From: Candidatus Anoxymicrobiaceae bacterium
GTDB taxonomy: Bacteria > Actinomycetota > Geothermincolia > Fen-727 > Anoxymicrobiaceae
Direction of reading: 5' to 3'
DNA length: 64,000 bases
NCBI GenBank assembly: GCA_036845225.1
Contig: DAIUEJ010000010.1
Span: 387 to 64,386, forward strand
The position numbers and the translations under genes are program-made. Positions 9,724-19,036 of this stretch are shown piece after piece. Within the stretch, counting starts at the first letter, position 1. Every line of letters begins with the position of its first letter. Under the pieces are notes generated by a model, which saw nothing but the letters and a program-made list of their open reading frames with translations, was not told the DNA's origin and did not search any database.

Positions 9724-11601
9724 TTACCTCTGGGACAGCATCAGCGGCGAGACGTTATCCCCGAACTCGGCGCGCGCCTGCTCCAGCCTCCGCTTCTGCT
9801 CGTCCAGGGTCACGAAGAGCACTTCCGGGATGCCCCACTCGTTGCGGTAGACCTCCTGGATGCGGTCGATCTTCGCCAGTTGCTCGGGCACCCGGATGGT
9901 GAACTGCACCTTGTACTGCTCTTCCGTGTACTCGACGCCCAGCGCCTCTGAGAACAGCCGCCGCAGGTCCTTGTAGATCGGGATCATCCCCGTCGGAGTC
10001 AGCAGGGCGCCGACCTCGTCATGGACCCTCTGCTCGATCCACAGCATCCAGACCTTTTTGTCGAGCATGCCGTTGAGGTACTTCCTGTCAGGGCCCATCA
10101 GGAAGTAGTTGACCGCGAAGATACAGGGCGGCTTCGCGAGCACCGCCGCGAACTCGAGGTACTTCTGCAGGTACGTGTCCAGCGACACCGCCAGGAAGTC
10201 GAGGTTGGACATCGGGTTGAACTCCCGCACGCCCTCTGCGCCCAGCGTCGCCGCGGTGGTCTCCGATTCGAGCGAAGCACCCTTGGTTATCACTCCGTGC
10301 ACCCAGTTGAACGACTGCTCCAGGGGGACCGAGGTGTCCGTGTCGCGCCCACCGAAGATTATCGCTTTGACCGGGACTCCCGCCGGGTTCTCCAGGTTCT
10401 CGTCCATGTTCTTGAGCGAGTCCATCTTGATCGTGAACCGCGCGTTCTTGTGCGACGGGTCTATCTCCTTGCCCTTGGCGTCGGTCTTCCCCTTGTGCCA
10501 CTCGCCTGAGAAGTTCGTCCCGCTCTCCGGGATCTCGCTTCCCATCCCGAGCCAGTACGGGGTGCCGTCATTCACGAGCACGTTCGAGAAGATGACCTCG
10601 CCAGGCGAGGTGAGCGCCCGGTAGATAGCCGGGTCGTCCTCGGGGTTCACGTCCTGGATGATGCCGAAGATGCCGCACTCCACGTTCACCGCGCGGACCT
10701 CGCCGCCGACCTTCTTCAGGTAGGCGATATCGTCGCCGACTATGCTCTGGCCTTCTATCATCGCGGTGGAAGTCTTCCCGCACATGCTCGGGTACGCCCC
10801 GGTCATGTACGTCTTGCGGCCCCCGGGACCGGGCACCCCGACCACGAACATGTGCTCGGTGAGCCAGCCCTCCCGAAGTCCTTTCTGGATCCCCAGCCGC
10901 ATGGCGAGCTTCTTCAAGCCCATAGAGTTGCCGCCGTACTGGGTGTTCACGCTGTAGACCGTGTTCGCCTCGAGGTCGATGAACATGCGGCGCTTGTCGA
11001 TGTCGGCGCTCACGTTGTTCTCCAGCCGGCCGGCGGCGTGCAGGAACCTGAATATCTCAGCGTTCTTGTCCGCGCTCTTGAACTCCTCATAGCCCGCTCT
11101 GTAGAGCTGATCTTCACTGTGTCCCACGTAGAACGAGTCCGTGATCTGGCAGCACAACTGAGAGAACGCCGAGCCTCTCGGCCCGAGGCAATAGAAACGG
11201 ACGATCATCTCTTTGCCCTTCATAGAGCCGTCGAGGATGCCCAGGACCTCTGCAAGCCCTTCGTCTCTCACCATGTAGTTGATGTGCTCGCCCAGGTGCA
11301 CGTTAGGGGGAAGCAGGTAGCGCGTGTTCTCTTTGTCGCGGCCCTGATCGCGCATGCCGTCGAAGTGGCAGGTGTGCCCCTCGATGGACAGCGCAAACTC
11401 CTCGCCCCTCTCGAGGGCCTGGCGCCTCACGTAGGCGACGTCCTCGTCGGACTCGGTCGCGATGAAGACCGAGTCGGGCTTGCAGAGCGCTACCGTCTCA
11501 GCCACGAACCTGTCGATGTCGGGCCGCCCGAGCGCTTCCAGCTTGGCGCATTGGGCTTCGGGGAGTCTGGCCTTCAAGTACTCAAGGTCTGTGTCAGCCA
11601 T
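9724..11601 (-). CDS. pckG: phosphoenolpyruvate carboxykinase (GTP)
   Basis: Track ORF 9724..11712; preferred start is the internal ATG at 11601 (MADTDLEYLK) preceded by GGAGGAG. GTP-PEPCK hallmarks AYPSMCGKTSTAM and FGGRDTD. Confidence 0.85.
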   Translation of the reverse strand: MADTDLEYLKARLPEAQCAKLEALGRPDIDRFVAETVALCKPDSVFIATESDEDVAYVRRQALERGEEFALSIEGHTCHFDGMRDQGRDKENTRYLLPPNVHLGEHINYMVRDEGLAEVLGILDGSMKGKEMIVRFYCLGPRGSAFSQLCCQITDSFYVGHSEDQLYRAGYEEFKSADKNAEIFRFLHAAGRLENNVSADIDKRRMFIDLEANTVYSVNTQYGGNSMGLKKLAMRLGIQKGLREGWLTEHMFVVGVPGPGGRKTYMTGAYPSMCGKTSTAMIEGQSIVGDDIAYLKKVGGEVRAVNVECGIFGIIQDVNPEDDPAIYRALTSPGEVIFSNVLVNDGTPYWLGMGSEIPESGTNFSGEWHKGKTDAKGKEIDPSHKNARFTIKMDSLKNMDENLENPAGVPVKAIIFGGRDTDTSVPLEQSFNWVHGVITKGASLESETTAATLGAEGVREFNPMSNLDFLAVSLDTYLQKYLEFAAVLAKPPCIFAVNYFLMGPDRKYLNGMLDKKVWMLWIEQRVHDEVGALLTPTGMIPIYKDLRRLFSEALGVEYTEEQYKVQFTIRVPEQLAKIDRIQEVYRNEWGIPEVLFVTLDEQKRRLEQARAEFGDNVSPLMLSQR

Positions 11602-11856
11602 TGTCTCGCTCCTCCTCGGTCCCACCTCGGTGGGACCTGATGTACCGGTGGAAGGGTACCGTCGACCACCGAGGTGAATCTCCGGGATATATTCCGGCGG
11701 CGGCGGTGCCACCGCGCTCTCGACGTATATTAGAGAAACCGGCCCTGCTAGTCAAAATTCATCCTCTCGATTCAGCAATGCGGTGAAAAAGCCTGCGTGC
11801 TCAGGTGCGGCTACACGGCCAGCCTGTAGAAATCCACCCGCCCCGACGCCTGTTGC

Positions 11857-11885
11857 TTGACTTGCTCTACCCGTGAACCTATAAT
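11857..11885 (+). promoter_or_regulatory. sigma70-like promoter, TTGACT-17 nt-TATAAT
   Basis: cTTGACTtgctctacccgtgaaccTATAATttgc about 60 nt upstream of the M23 peptidase ORF. Confidence 0.5.
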
Positions 11886-11947
11886 TTGCTTGTAATGCTT
11901 CCTCTCCCTCCCTCTCGCGATGACCGGCTCATGGACGGAGGAGTACC

Positions 11948-13669
11948 ATCGAACATCCACCACGCAGGCGCGCCTTACTCTGGCTGCTCCTCACGCTCAC
12001 CATCCTGCCGCTCCTGTTGTGCTTTGCGCCCCTGCCCGAGGCCCTGGCTTCGGGCGGTTATTCCTGGCCCGTCCAGGGCCCGGTCCTCCGTGGCTTTGAA
12101 AAACCCACCGGGTCATACGGGGAGGGCGGACACCAGGGTGTCGACATAGCGGCGTCCCCAGGCATGCCAGTGCGCGCCGCTGGAGACGGCACAGTGGCGT
12201 GGGTCGGCGAGGTCCCGAGGGGCAGGTTCGTCTCCATCTCCCACGCTGACGGCGCCAGGACGACCTATCTCGATCTCGCAGACGTCACGGTGAGGGTCGG
12301 GCAAGCCGTTCGGCGAGGCGAGCCCGTCGGGACCGTTGGCGGGACGCGGGATGCCTCCACTGGAGGCCCGCACCTTCACTTCGACGCCTGCATCAACGGC
12401 AGCCCGATCGACCCCAGGCTGCTCATGAGCGGCATGGACACCGCTTCCTACATAAGGCTGTGCCCGGTCGAAAGGCCCGGGGGCGCTCAGCGGGCGGGGC
12501 AACCGGCGCCGGGCCCGAGGCAGGGCCTCCTGAGTCAGGTCGCGCACCCGTTCAAGAGCGCATTCCATTCGATCGGCGCCGGGCTGAGCGCCGCGTGGCG
12601 CGGAGTGCGCGCCGCCGGCAAGTGGGTCGGGAGCGGCTTCGACGAGTTCTGGGACAAGCTCCTCTACCCGGCCATCCGCAAGTGCGGACACTGCGTCGCG
12701 GTAGCCGCGAAGTGGTGCTGGAGCAACAGGTATTTCAAGGGAGTGGCGCTCGCCCTCGCCGCGGCGGCCGTGATCGTGGTGGGCATCATCGTCGTGGTGC
12801 TCACGCTTCCGGTCTCGATCGTGTGCGGGATAGTGGCCGCTATCGGCGCGACGCTGGCCTGCCTCGCCTGGGGCATCTACTACGCCGCCACCCACCCCAG
12901 CGGCTTCAACTGCACCGAGTGTTTCTTCAAGTGCCTGAGCTCGGGGGCGGCCGTGGCGGTCACCGTCCTGAGCCTGGGCTCGCTCAGCGCCGCCTTCTCG
13001 GCCGGGCTCGCGGAGATGGGTCTGCTCGGCACCATCGAGAGCGCTGTCGGGAACGGCGTTCTATCCATGCTGTTCGAGGCGTCAACGTCCTACCTGTTCA
13101 CGGGTCACGTGTCGGTCAAGCGCATGCTGGTCGCATTCGGGATCGGCCTGGTGTCCGGCCCGGTCGGCAAGGCGGTAAAGGAAGGCCTGGTCGGAAGCCG
13201 GGCGTTCCAGGCGATCGCCGTGAGCGTTTCGGAGGGCAGGCTGGCGATGAGCGTGAGGACCGTGGTCGTCTTCCTCCACGAGAGCGGCAACACCCTGTTC
13301 GCGATGATCACGGTGCTCAAAGAAGGAGCGACGGCGTTCGGGGGCAAGCTCGTCTACCTGGCGTTCTCAGGCGCGTTCGGCACGACCTGCAACATCGCCT
13401 CGTGCATGATGAACCACAAGCCCATCACGTTCTCCGGCATGCTCGCTTCTTTCCTGACCGGCGTGGCTATGGGGGCGATAGGGCTGACTTTCAAGGGGCT
13501 GGGCCTCCAGGGGATGTTCGCGCGGTTCAAGGTCTTCAAGGATGGCTTCGGCCGGGTGGCGAGCGGCCTGATCACCAAGCTCTTGAGTAAGACCATCCAC
13601 AAGGCTTTGAGCAGCGGCCTTCAGTCGGGTTTCAAGAGGCTCTTCCACGAGAAGGGCCCAACTTTGTAA
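11948..13669 (+). CDS. secreted M23 (LytM) peptidase fused to a ~380-aa glycine-rich multi-TM C-terminal domain; start codon uncertain (first canonical start is TTG 12017; in-frame upstream extension encodes the signal peptide)
   Basis: HQGVDIAA...GPHLHFD M23 motifs in the first 150 aa. In-frame region 11924-12016 has no ATG/GTG/TTG but encodes RRRALLWLLLTLTILPLLLCFAPLPEALA (textbook signal peptide, AxA site); ATC at 11948 lies 4 nt after GGAGGAG. C-terminal half is hydrophobic with G/A-rich predicted TM helices. Confidence 0.6.
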   Translation: MEHPPRRRALLWLLLTLTILPLLLCFAPLPEALASGGYSWPVQGPVLRGFEKPTGSYGEGGHQGVDIAASPGMPVRAAGDGTVAWVGEVPRGRFVSISHADGARTTYLDLADVTVRVGQAVRRGEPVGTVGGTRDASTGGPHLHFDACINGSPIDPRLLMSGMDTASYIRLCPVERPGGAQRAGQPAPGPRQGLLSQVAHPFKSAFHSIGAGLSAAWRGVRAAGKWVGSGFDEFWDKLLYPAIRKCGHCVAVAAKWCWSNRYFKGVALALAAAAVIVVGIIVVVLTLPVSIVCGIVAAIGATLACLAWGIYYAATHPSGFNCTECFFKCLSSGAAVAVTVLSLGSLSAAFSAGLAEMGLLGTIESAVGNGVLSMLFEASTSYLFTGHVSVKRMLVAFGIGLVSGPVGKAVKEGLVGSRAFQAIAVSVSEGRLAMSVRTVVVFLHESGNTLFAMITVLKEGATAFGGKLVYLAFSGAFGTTCNIASCMMNHKPITFSGMLASFLTGVAMGAIGLTFKGLGLQGMFARFKVFKDGFGRVASGLITKLLSKTIHKALSSGLQSGFKRLFHEKGPTL

Positions 13670-13681
13670 AGGAGGAATGAG

Positions 13682-13987
13682 ATGCAGCAGGAAGTCACCG
13701 CAAAGCAGTTCAGGCAGTTCATGGTGACGATCGCACTTGCGTTCGCGGGGATATTCGTGATGGCCCTGGGCGCGAACATGACTACCGCCGCCGGGCAATT
13801 CACTTTCTTCCCCGGTGGGCCGATAGCTCTGGTCGGGATCGGCATGCTGGCCGCCGCGGGCTACAACCACTACCGGACCCGGTTCAAGGGGAAGTCGGGC
13901 GGGCGTGCCTTCGCGAAGTACATGGCCCTCGCGGCGGTCAACGGGTTCATCGCTATGCTGCTGGCCCGCTTTCTGTTTCACCGCTAG
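13682..13987 (+). CDS. small membrane protein (3 predicted TM), unknown function
   Basis: AAAGGAGG RBS 7 nt upstream; 101 aa, hydrophobic. Confidence 0.5.
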   Translation: MQQEVTAKQFRQFMVTIALAFAGIFVMALGANMTTAAGQFTFFPGGPIALVGIGMLAAAGYNHYRTRFKGKSGGRAFAKYMALAAVNGFIAMLLARFLFHR

Positions 13988-14864
13988 GCTCGCCGCCCAG
14001 GCGGAAGCCCGAACTCACCGCTTTCTCGGGGCAGGCTTTCTTGCACGAGAGGCAGCGCACGCACTCCACCGAGTTCGCGTTCTCGTAGATGTTGATGTCG
14101 ACCGGGCAGGAATGCCGGCACTCCCCGCACTTCGTGCACTTGGCGCTGTCCACCCTCATGCGATAGAAACTGAACGGGGTGAGCAGGGCATAAGCGCCGC
14201 CGAGCGCGCACGCCGCCCGGCAGAAAGGCCGCTTGGTCACGACCATCCAGGCGAGGAACCCGACCAGGATCGCGATCTTCAGCCAGAAGAACCATCCCAC
14301 CCCGGGAAGCGGCGTCTTGGGCGGCAGTATCTTGAGAGGGAGCGCGCCCTCGAGCGCCCCGGCCGGACAGAGGCGAGAGTACCAGTTGACCCCGGTTATG
14401 TACGGGATCAGCATCGCCACCACCACCAGGCCGAAGTACTTTCCGAAGCGCATCCACTGGGGCAGCCCGACCTTGGGCGTCGGGATCTTGTACAGCAGGT
14501 CCTGCAGAAGCCCGAACGGACATATCCACCCGCAGACGAGGCGGCCGGTCGCCACCCCGATGATCCCTATGAACCCGACGACGTAGAGCATGGCGCTCAC
14601 CGGGAAGGCGGCCTGCTTCTTGACCGCCGCCACCAGCCTGGCGCCGTGCGAGGCGGCGCTGACCCTGGGCGAGAGGATCGCGAACGAGTGCTGCAGGCTG
14701 CCGATCGGACACGAGTAAAGGGCGAGCGGGCACGCGTAGCAGTTGAATCCGGGAAAGCAGAGCCCCTTCGCCTTGCCCTGATAGATGGTGCGCGTTGAGA
14801 AGTAGATGAACCAGGGGTTGGCCACCAGCGTGGCGATGACCTGCGTCCAGCGACGCGCCCGCAC
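13953..14864 (-). CDS. membrane-bound polyferredoxin, NapH/MauN/NosR-like (Cx3CP motifs + 2x[4Fe-4S])
   Basis: CYACPLALYSCP and CGWICPFG motifs plus CTKCGECRHSCP and CVRCLSCKKACP; multiple TM segments; GTG start. Confidence 0.6.
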   Translation of the reverse strand: MRARRWTQVIATLVANPWFIYFSTRTIYQGKAKGLCFPGFNCYACPLALYSCPIGSLQHSFAILSPRVSAASHGARLVAAVKKQAAFPVSAMLYVVGFIGIIGVATGRLVCGWICPFGLLQDLLYKIPTPKVGLPQWMRFGKYFGLVVVAMLIPYITGVNWYSRLCPAGALEGALPLKILPPKTPLPGVGWFFWLKIAILVGFLAWMVVTKRPFCRAACALGGAYALLTPFSFYRMRVDSAKCTKCGECRHSCPVDINIYENANSVECVRCLSCKKACPEKAVSSGFRLGGEPSGETESGPAA

Positions 14865-14992
14865 TAGATCAGTCCAATACAGTCCAGGCAGATAACGATC
14901 CCGTTGCCGAGGACCTTGTCGAAGCCTCCCAGCATAAGGCCGGTGACCAGCATGAGCACGAAGACGAGGGCGAGAAGATAGGGCGCTCTCAT
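14864..14992 (-). CDS. 42-aa membrane peptide with C-terminal CLDC motif
   Basis: ATG at 14992 (rc), stop TAG sharing 1 nt with the GTG start of the downstream NapH-like gene; MRAPYLLALVFVLMLVTGLMLGGFDKVLGNGIVICLDCIGLI. Not in the ORF track (too short). Confidence 0.35.
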   Translation of the reverse strand: MRAPYLLALVFVLMLVTGLMLGGFDKVLGNGIVICLDCIGLI

Positions 14993-15046
14993 GCGCCTGA
15001 TGAACCCGGACACTCTCACCCCTCCCTCCTGGCTAGGCGCGCGTGA

Positions 15047-15544
15047 TCACTGGCCCGGCACGGTCTGTATCGGCGTCGGCGACTGTGACGGCCCTGAGCC
15101 GGGCGGGAACGGCGACCCCGGGATGGTCGTGACGTTAGGCGACGACGTGGGAGCTGTGGTCTTGCCGGCCTTCTGCGGGATCATACTCTGGATCGTCGAA
15201 AGCAGGTCGTCCTCCATCGGCTTGCCCATGAAGGTCTGTTTGGTCTCCCCAGCGGTGTTGGTGATGATGATAGTGGGGTTCATCGAAACGTGGTATTTCG
15301 CTATTGCGCTCTTGCTCGAAGGGCTGTCGTAGTCGTAAATGGTGAAGGTCACCTTATCGCCGAACTGCTTCTGCGCCTTGTCGACCATCGCTTTGGTGTC
15401 CGCGTATGAAGGGCTGTTCTTCCCGATGAACACGATGACCTGCGGCTTGCCCTGGGTGCACCCCGCAAGCAGTGCCAGCGTTCCCGCCAGCATGGCAAGG
15501 CACAGTAACGTCACAAGAGCGGTTTTTCCTGTCTTCATCAACAA
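15047..15544 (-). CDS. thioredoxin-fold-like lipoprotein lacking CxxC (SPSY in place)
   Basis: Signal peptide + lipobox LLAGC; VIVFIGKNSPSYADTKAMVDK resembles the Trx/TlpA-fold active-site region with Cys replaced; P/S/T-rich C-terminal tail. Confidence 0.5.
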   Translation of the reverse strand: MLMKTGKTALVTLLCLAMLAGTLALLAGCTQGKPQVIVFIGKNSPSYADTKAMVDKAQKQFGDKVTFTIYDYDSPSSKSAIAKYHVSMNPTIIITNTAGETKQTFMGKPMEDDLLSTIQSMIPQKAGKTTAPTSSPNVTTIPGSPFPPGSGPSQSPTPIQTVPGQ

Positions 15545-15712
15545 CCTCCGGCATCGGCTTTTGCGCTATTCTGGCATATGGTAGCACCGGCGCGCGGGCA
15601 TATCAAAAGCCGAGAGAGCGCCTCTCATCGTGTTGCGGCTCGCGTGACCGCATTGATATGATTCAGTGGCCCCTTATCCCGGAGGCCGATGGCCTGAACC
15701 CACGGAGGTTTC

Positions 15713-17593
15713 TTGATGTTTGGCTACGCTGGAAAGATTCTGGAAGTCGACCTCACAACAGGAGAGATCAAGAAGGCTGACCTGGACGAGCAGGACTGCC
15801 ATGACTTCCTCGGGGGATCAGGCCTCGCGGCCAAGATCTACCTCGACCGATGGCCGGGCGCCGACGTCGATCCGCTCGGTCCGGAGAACCCCTTCATCAT
15901 TTTGACTGGCCCGTGGACCGGGACCCGCGTCCCCGGTGGAAACCGCTTCGCCGCATGCGCGCGCTCGCCGCTGACGGGGCACTGGGGAGAAGCATCCTGC
16001 GGGGGCTACTTCGGTCCCGAGCTGAAGGCGGCGGGATACGACGGCATCATCTTCACCGGCGCCTCGGACAAGCCGGTCTACCTGTGGATCAACGGAGATG
16101 ACGTCGAGCTGCGCGACGCCGCGGACCTCTGGGGCAAGGACACCTACGAGACCGCTGATACCCTCATCGAGAAGTCAAAGGATGAGACCGGCAAGAAGGC
16201 CAAGGTCGCGGCGATCGGTCCGTCCGGCGAGAAAGGCGTCAAGTTCGCGGCGATAGTGCACGACAAGCACCACATCGCCGGCCGCACCGGCATGGGCGCG
16301 GTGATGGGTTCCAAGAACCTCAAGGCGATAGCCGTGGTGGGCGCCGGCAAGAAGGTCGAGATCGCCGACCCCGATGCCTTGAAAGAGTGGCGAGAGAAAG
16401 TCATGGAGAACTACTCCGAGTCCCTGGTGGTCGAGTCGCTCAAGGCGTTCGGCACCAACGCGAACCTCGAGGTCGGCGCGATGCTCGGCGACGTACCCTT
16501 CAAGAACTGGCAGGAGGGTGAGAACGACGAGATCCTGGCCAAGATCAACGGGCCGACGTATTCGGACGACATCCTCGTAAAGGCGTATGCCTGCTGGGCG
16601 TGCCCGATCGGGTGCAAGCGAGTGATCAAGATCGAGGAGGGGCCGTACCCCGTGCCCCAGGGAGCGGGGCCGGAATACGAGACCGTCTGCATGCTCGGCT
16701 CCAACCTGCTCAACGACGACCTCGCCAGCATCGCCAAGGGCAACGAGATGTGCAACCGTTACGGCATCGACACCATAACGATGGGTGAGGTGATCGCTCT
16801 GGTCACCGAGTGCCAGGAGAAAGGGCTCCTGTCCGAGGAGGAGTGCGACGGAGTGGCGATAACCTGGGGGGACCCGGACGCCATGCTGAAGCTCATCGAC
16901 ATGGCCGCCTCTAACGAAGGTTTCGGCGCCCGCATGGCTGAGGGCAGCCGGGCGCTGTCCCGCGAGATCGGCGGCGAAGCGCCCGACATGGCGGTGCAGG
17001 TGCGCGGGCTCGACCTGCCGGCGCACGACCCCCGCGGTTTCCATGGGTTCGCGCTGGCCTATGCGACTTCGCCCCGCGGGGCGTGCCACTGCGCGAGCAT
17101 GAACCTCTACCTCGAGCAGGGGAGCGCGCCGCCTCTTCCGCAGATCGGCCTCGAGGGGCCATGGGACGAGCAGTCCAGCGTCGAAAAGGGCTATGTTACA
17201 GCGCGCGCCCAGGAGCTGGCACAGATATTCAACTCTGCCGTGGTGTGCCTCTTCACCTCGGTATCGTGGCAGGAGGACATGCTCCTCACTGCCATCAACT
17301 CGGTGACCGGAGGAGGCTACGACCTGGACAGCTTCATGAAGATCGGGGAGCGCATCTGGTTCCTCAAGCGAGGGATCCAGGCGCTGTTCGGCTCCGGGGG
17401 CGAGGACGACATTATGCATCCCAGGTTCTACCAGGCGGTCGAAGAAGGTCCGCACGCCGGCTCAGTCCCCGATTTCGAGCTCATGAAGAGCGAGTACTAC
17501 GAGTACCGGCAGCTGGACGAAGAAGGAAGGATCGGCCGCGCCAAGTGCGACGAGCTCGGGCTCGGTTACCTGGCCGACAAGCTCGGTATCTGA
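15713..17593 (+). CDS. aor: aldehyde ferredoxin oxidoreductase (tungsten-containing AOR family)
   Basis: 626 aa; AOR N-terminal domain and cluster/pterin-binding region (CWACPIGC, GPEYET). Confidence 0.85.
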   Translation: MMFGYAGKILEVDLTTGEIKKADLDEQDCHDFLGGSGLAAKIYLDRWPGADVDPLGPENPFIILTGPWTGTRVPGGNRFAACARSPLTGHWGEASCGGYFGPELKAAGYDGIIFTGASDKPVYLWINGDDVELRDAADLWGKDTYETADTLIEKSKDETGKKAKVAAIGPSGEKGVKFAAIVHDKHHIAGRTGMGAVMGSKNLKAIAVVGAGKKVEIADPDALKEWREKVMENYSESLVVESLKAFGTNANLEVGAMLGDVPFKNWQEGENDEILAKINGPTYSDDILVKAYACWACPIGCKRVIKIEEGPYPVPQGAGPEYETVCMLGSNLLNDDLASIAKGNEMCNRYGIDTITMGEVIALVTECQEKGLLSEEECDGVAITWGDPDAMLKLIDMAASNEGFGARMAEGSRALSREIGGEAPDMAVQVRGLDLPAHDPRGFHGFALAYATSPRGACHCASMNLYLEQGSAPPLPQIGLEGPWDEQSSVEKGYVTARAQELAQIFNSAVVCLFTSVSWQEDMLLTAINSVTGGGYDLDSFMKIGERIWFLKRGIQALFGSGGEDDIMHPRFYQAVEEGPHAGSVPDFELMKSEYYEYRQLDEEGRIGRAKCDELGLGYLADKLGI

Positions 17594-17618
17594 AGGCGAC
17601 CGGGAAGGGCGTGACCAG

Positions 17619-18965
17619 TTGGCTAGAGCAGCCCCTGGCAGGGCGGTAGTCATCGGTGGCGGGCTTGCGGGCCTCGCCGCGGCGGCCAGGCTTTCAGACG
17701 CCGGCTGGCGCGTCAACGTCCTGGAGAAGGATGAGTCTGTCGGAGGCCGCTGCAGGACGGTAAGGTCCGGCGACTTCCTCTTCGACAGCGGGGCGCAGCA
17801 TTTCCACGACTCCTACGACGACACGCTCAACACCGCTATCCGGGCCGGGCTGGGCGAACGCTTCCGCATACCTCAGGAACCGAAAGGCATCTACTCCGGC
17901 GGCAAGCTCTCGACCTTCCTGCCGCGCGCGCTCGACCCGGGTACGCTGCTCCCGTGGCAAGCGCTGGGGGCGTCGGGCCTGTTCGACGTACCGGTGGTCG
18001 GCGCCGGCCTGCTCACCGGTTATCGCGGCTACAACGTGAGGTTCCCGTACTGGTGGAAAAGAGGCGACGACTCCACCGCGCTCGACTTCCTGTCCAGGAG
18101 GACCACCGCGAGATACAGGCGCGCCGTGGCCGAGCCGGTCGCGCAGTACGCGAGCGGCGCCGGACTCAACAGCATCTCCGCGGCAGGTTTCATGGTCGCC
18201 CTGCGCTACACGTTCCTGGACCGCACGGGTGGCTTCACCGGTGGGATGGGGTCGCTCCCCGAAGCGCTCGCTGACAAAGCGAAAGTCATCACCGGGATGC
18301 ACGTCACAGAAGTCGTCCGCGAGGGAAAGAGGGCGACCGGCGTGAAGGCCGTTCCCACGGCCGGCGGGCGCTCCAGGACATACAAAGCCGACGCGGTCAT
18401 ATGCGCCCTTCCGGCGCCGCAGGCCCGCGAGGTGACAGGAAAACTCGGGCCGACCGCTGAGGGCATCCTGAACAAGATCGAGTATTCGCCCTCGGTCACG
18501 GTCAACCTCGCCTTCGACGAGGAGTGCTTCGCGCCGGGCGGGCCGGTCCTACTTTCAGGCGCGGAAGGTTTCAGCGCGGCGTGGGTCTGCACCGGCGCCA
18601 GCAAGGCGGCCGAGTATGCTCCAGGGGGGGCCACGGTCGCGACAGCGGTGTTCACTGGCGGAGTCGCGGACGCGCTCGCCGGCGAGCCGGACTCGGCGCT
18701 CATCGAGGCGGCGCGCGAAGACTGCGCGAGGGTCTTGGGGACGGGTGCCCCCGTGGCGTCGCGAGTCGACCGCTTCGAGCTCGGTCGACCGGTGGTATCG
18801 CCCGGGCACGCCGCGAGGGTCAGGGCGATCTGGTCCGCGGGGAGCGGGGTCGACAACCTTCTGCTGGCGGGCGACTGGACGATGAGCCCGACCATCGAAG
18901 GCGCGGTCTCCAGCGGGCTGCGGGCGGCGGACGTTGCCCTTGCTTCCGGAGCCCACTCGCACTAG
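17619..18965 (+). CDS. NAD(P)/FAD-dependent oxidoreductase (amine-oxidase/protoporphyrinogen-oxidase-like)
   Basis: TTG start; VVIGGGLAGLAAAARL dinucleotide-binding motif ...VLEKDESVGGR. Confidence 0.6.
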   Translation: MARAAPGRAVVIGGGLAGLAAAARLSDAGWRVNVLEKDESVGGRCRTVRSGDFLFDSGAQHFHDSYDDTLNTAIRAGLGERFRIPQEPKGIYSGGKLSTFLPRALDPGTLLPWQALGASGLFDVPVVGAGLLTGYRGYNVRFPYWWKRGDDSTALDFLSRRTTARYRRAVAEPVAQYASGAGLNSISAAGFMVALRYTFLDRTGGFTGGMGSLPEALADKAKVITGMHVTEVVREGKRATGVKAVPTAGGRSRTYKADAVICALPAPQAREVTGKLGPTAEGILNKIEYSPSVTVNLAFDEECFAPGGPVLLSGAEGFSAAWVCTGASKAAEYAPGGATVATAVFTGGVADALAGEPDSALIEAAREDCARVLGTGAPVASRVDRFELGRPVVSPGHAARVRAIWSAGSGVDNLLLAGDWTMSPTIEGAVSSGLRAADVALASGAHSH

Positions 18966-19036
18966 ATTCATAAGGGTATGTCGCTTCCGGCCCGAAGACG
19001 GGCGCCCTGAACAAGAGCGACGCTCGGAGGTGTCAC

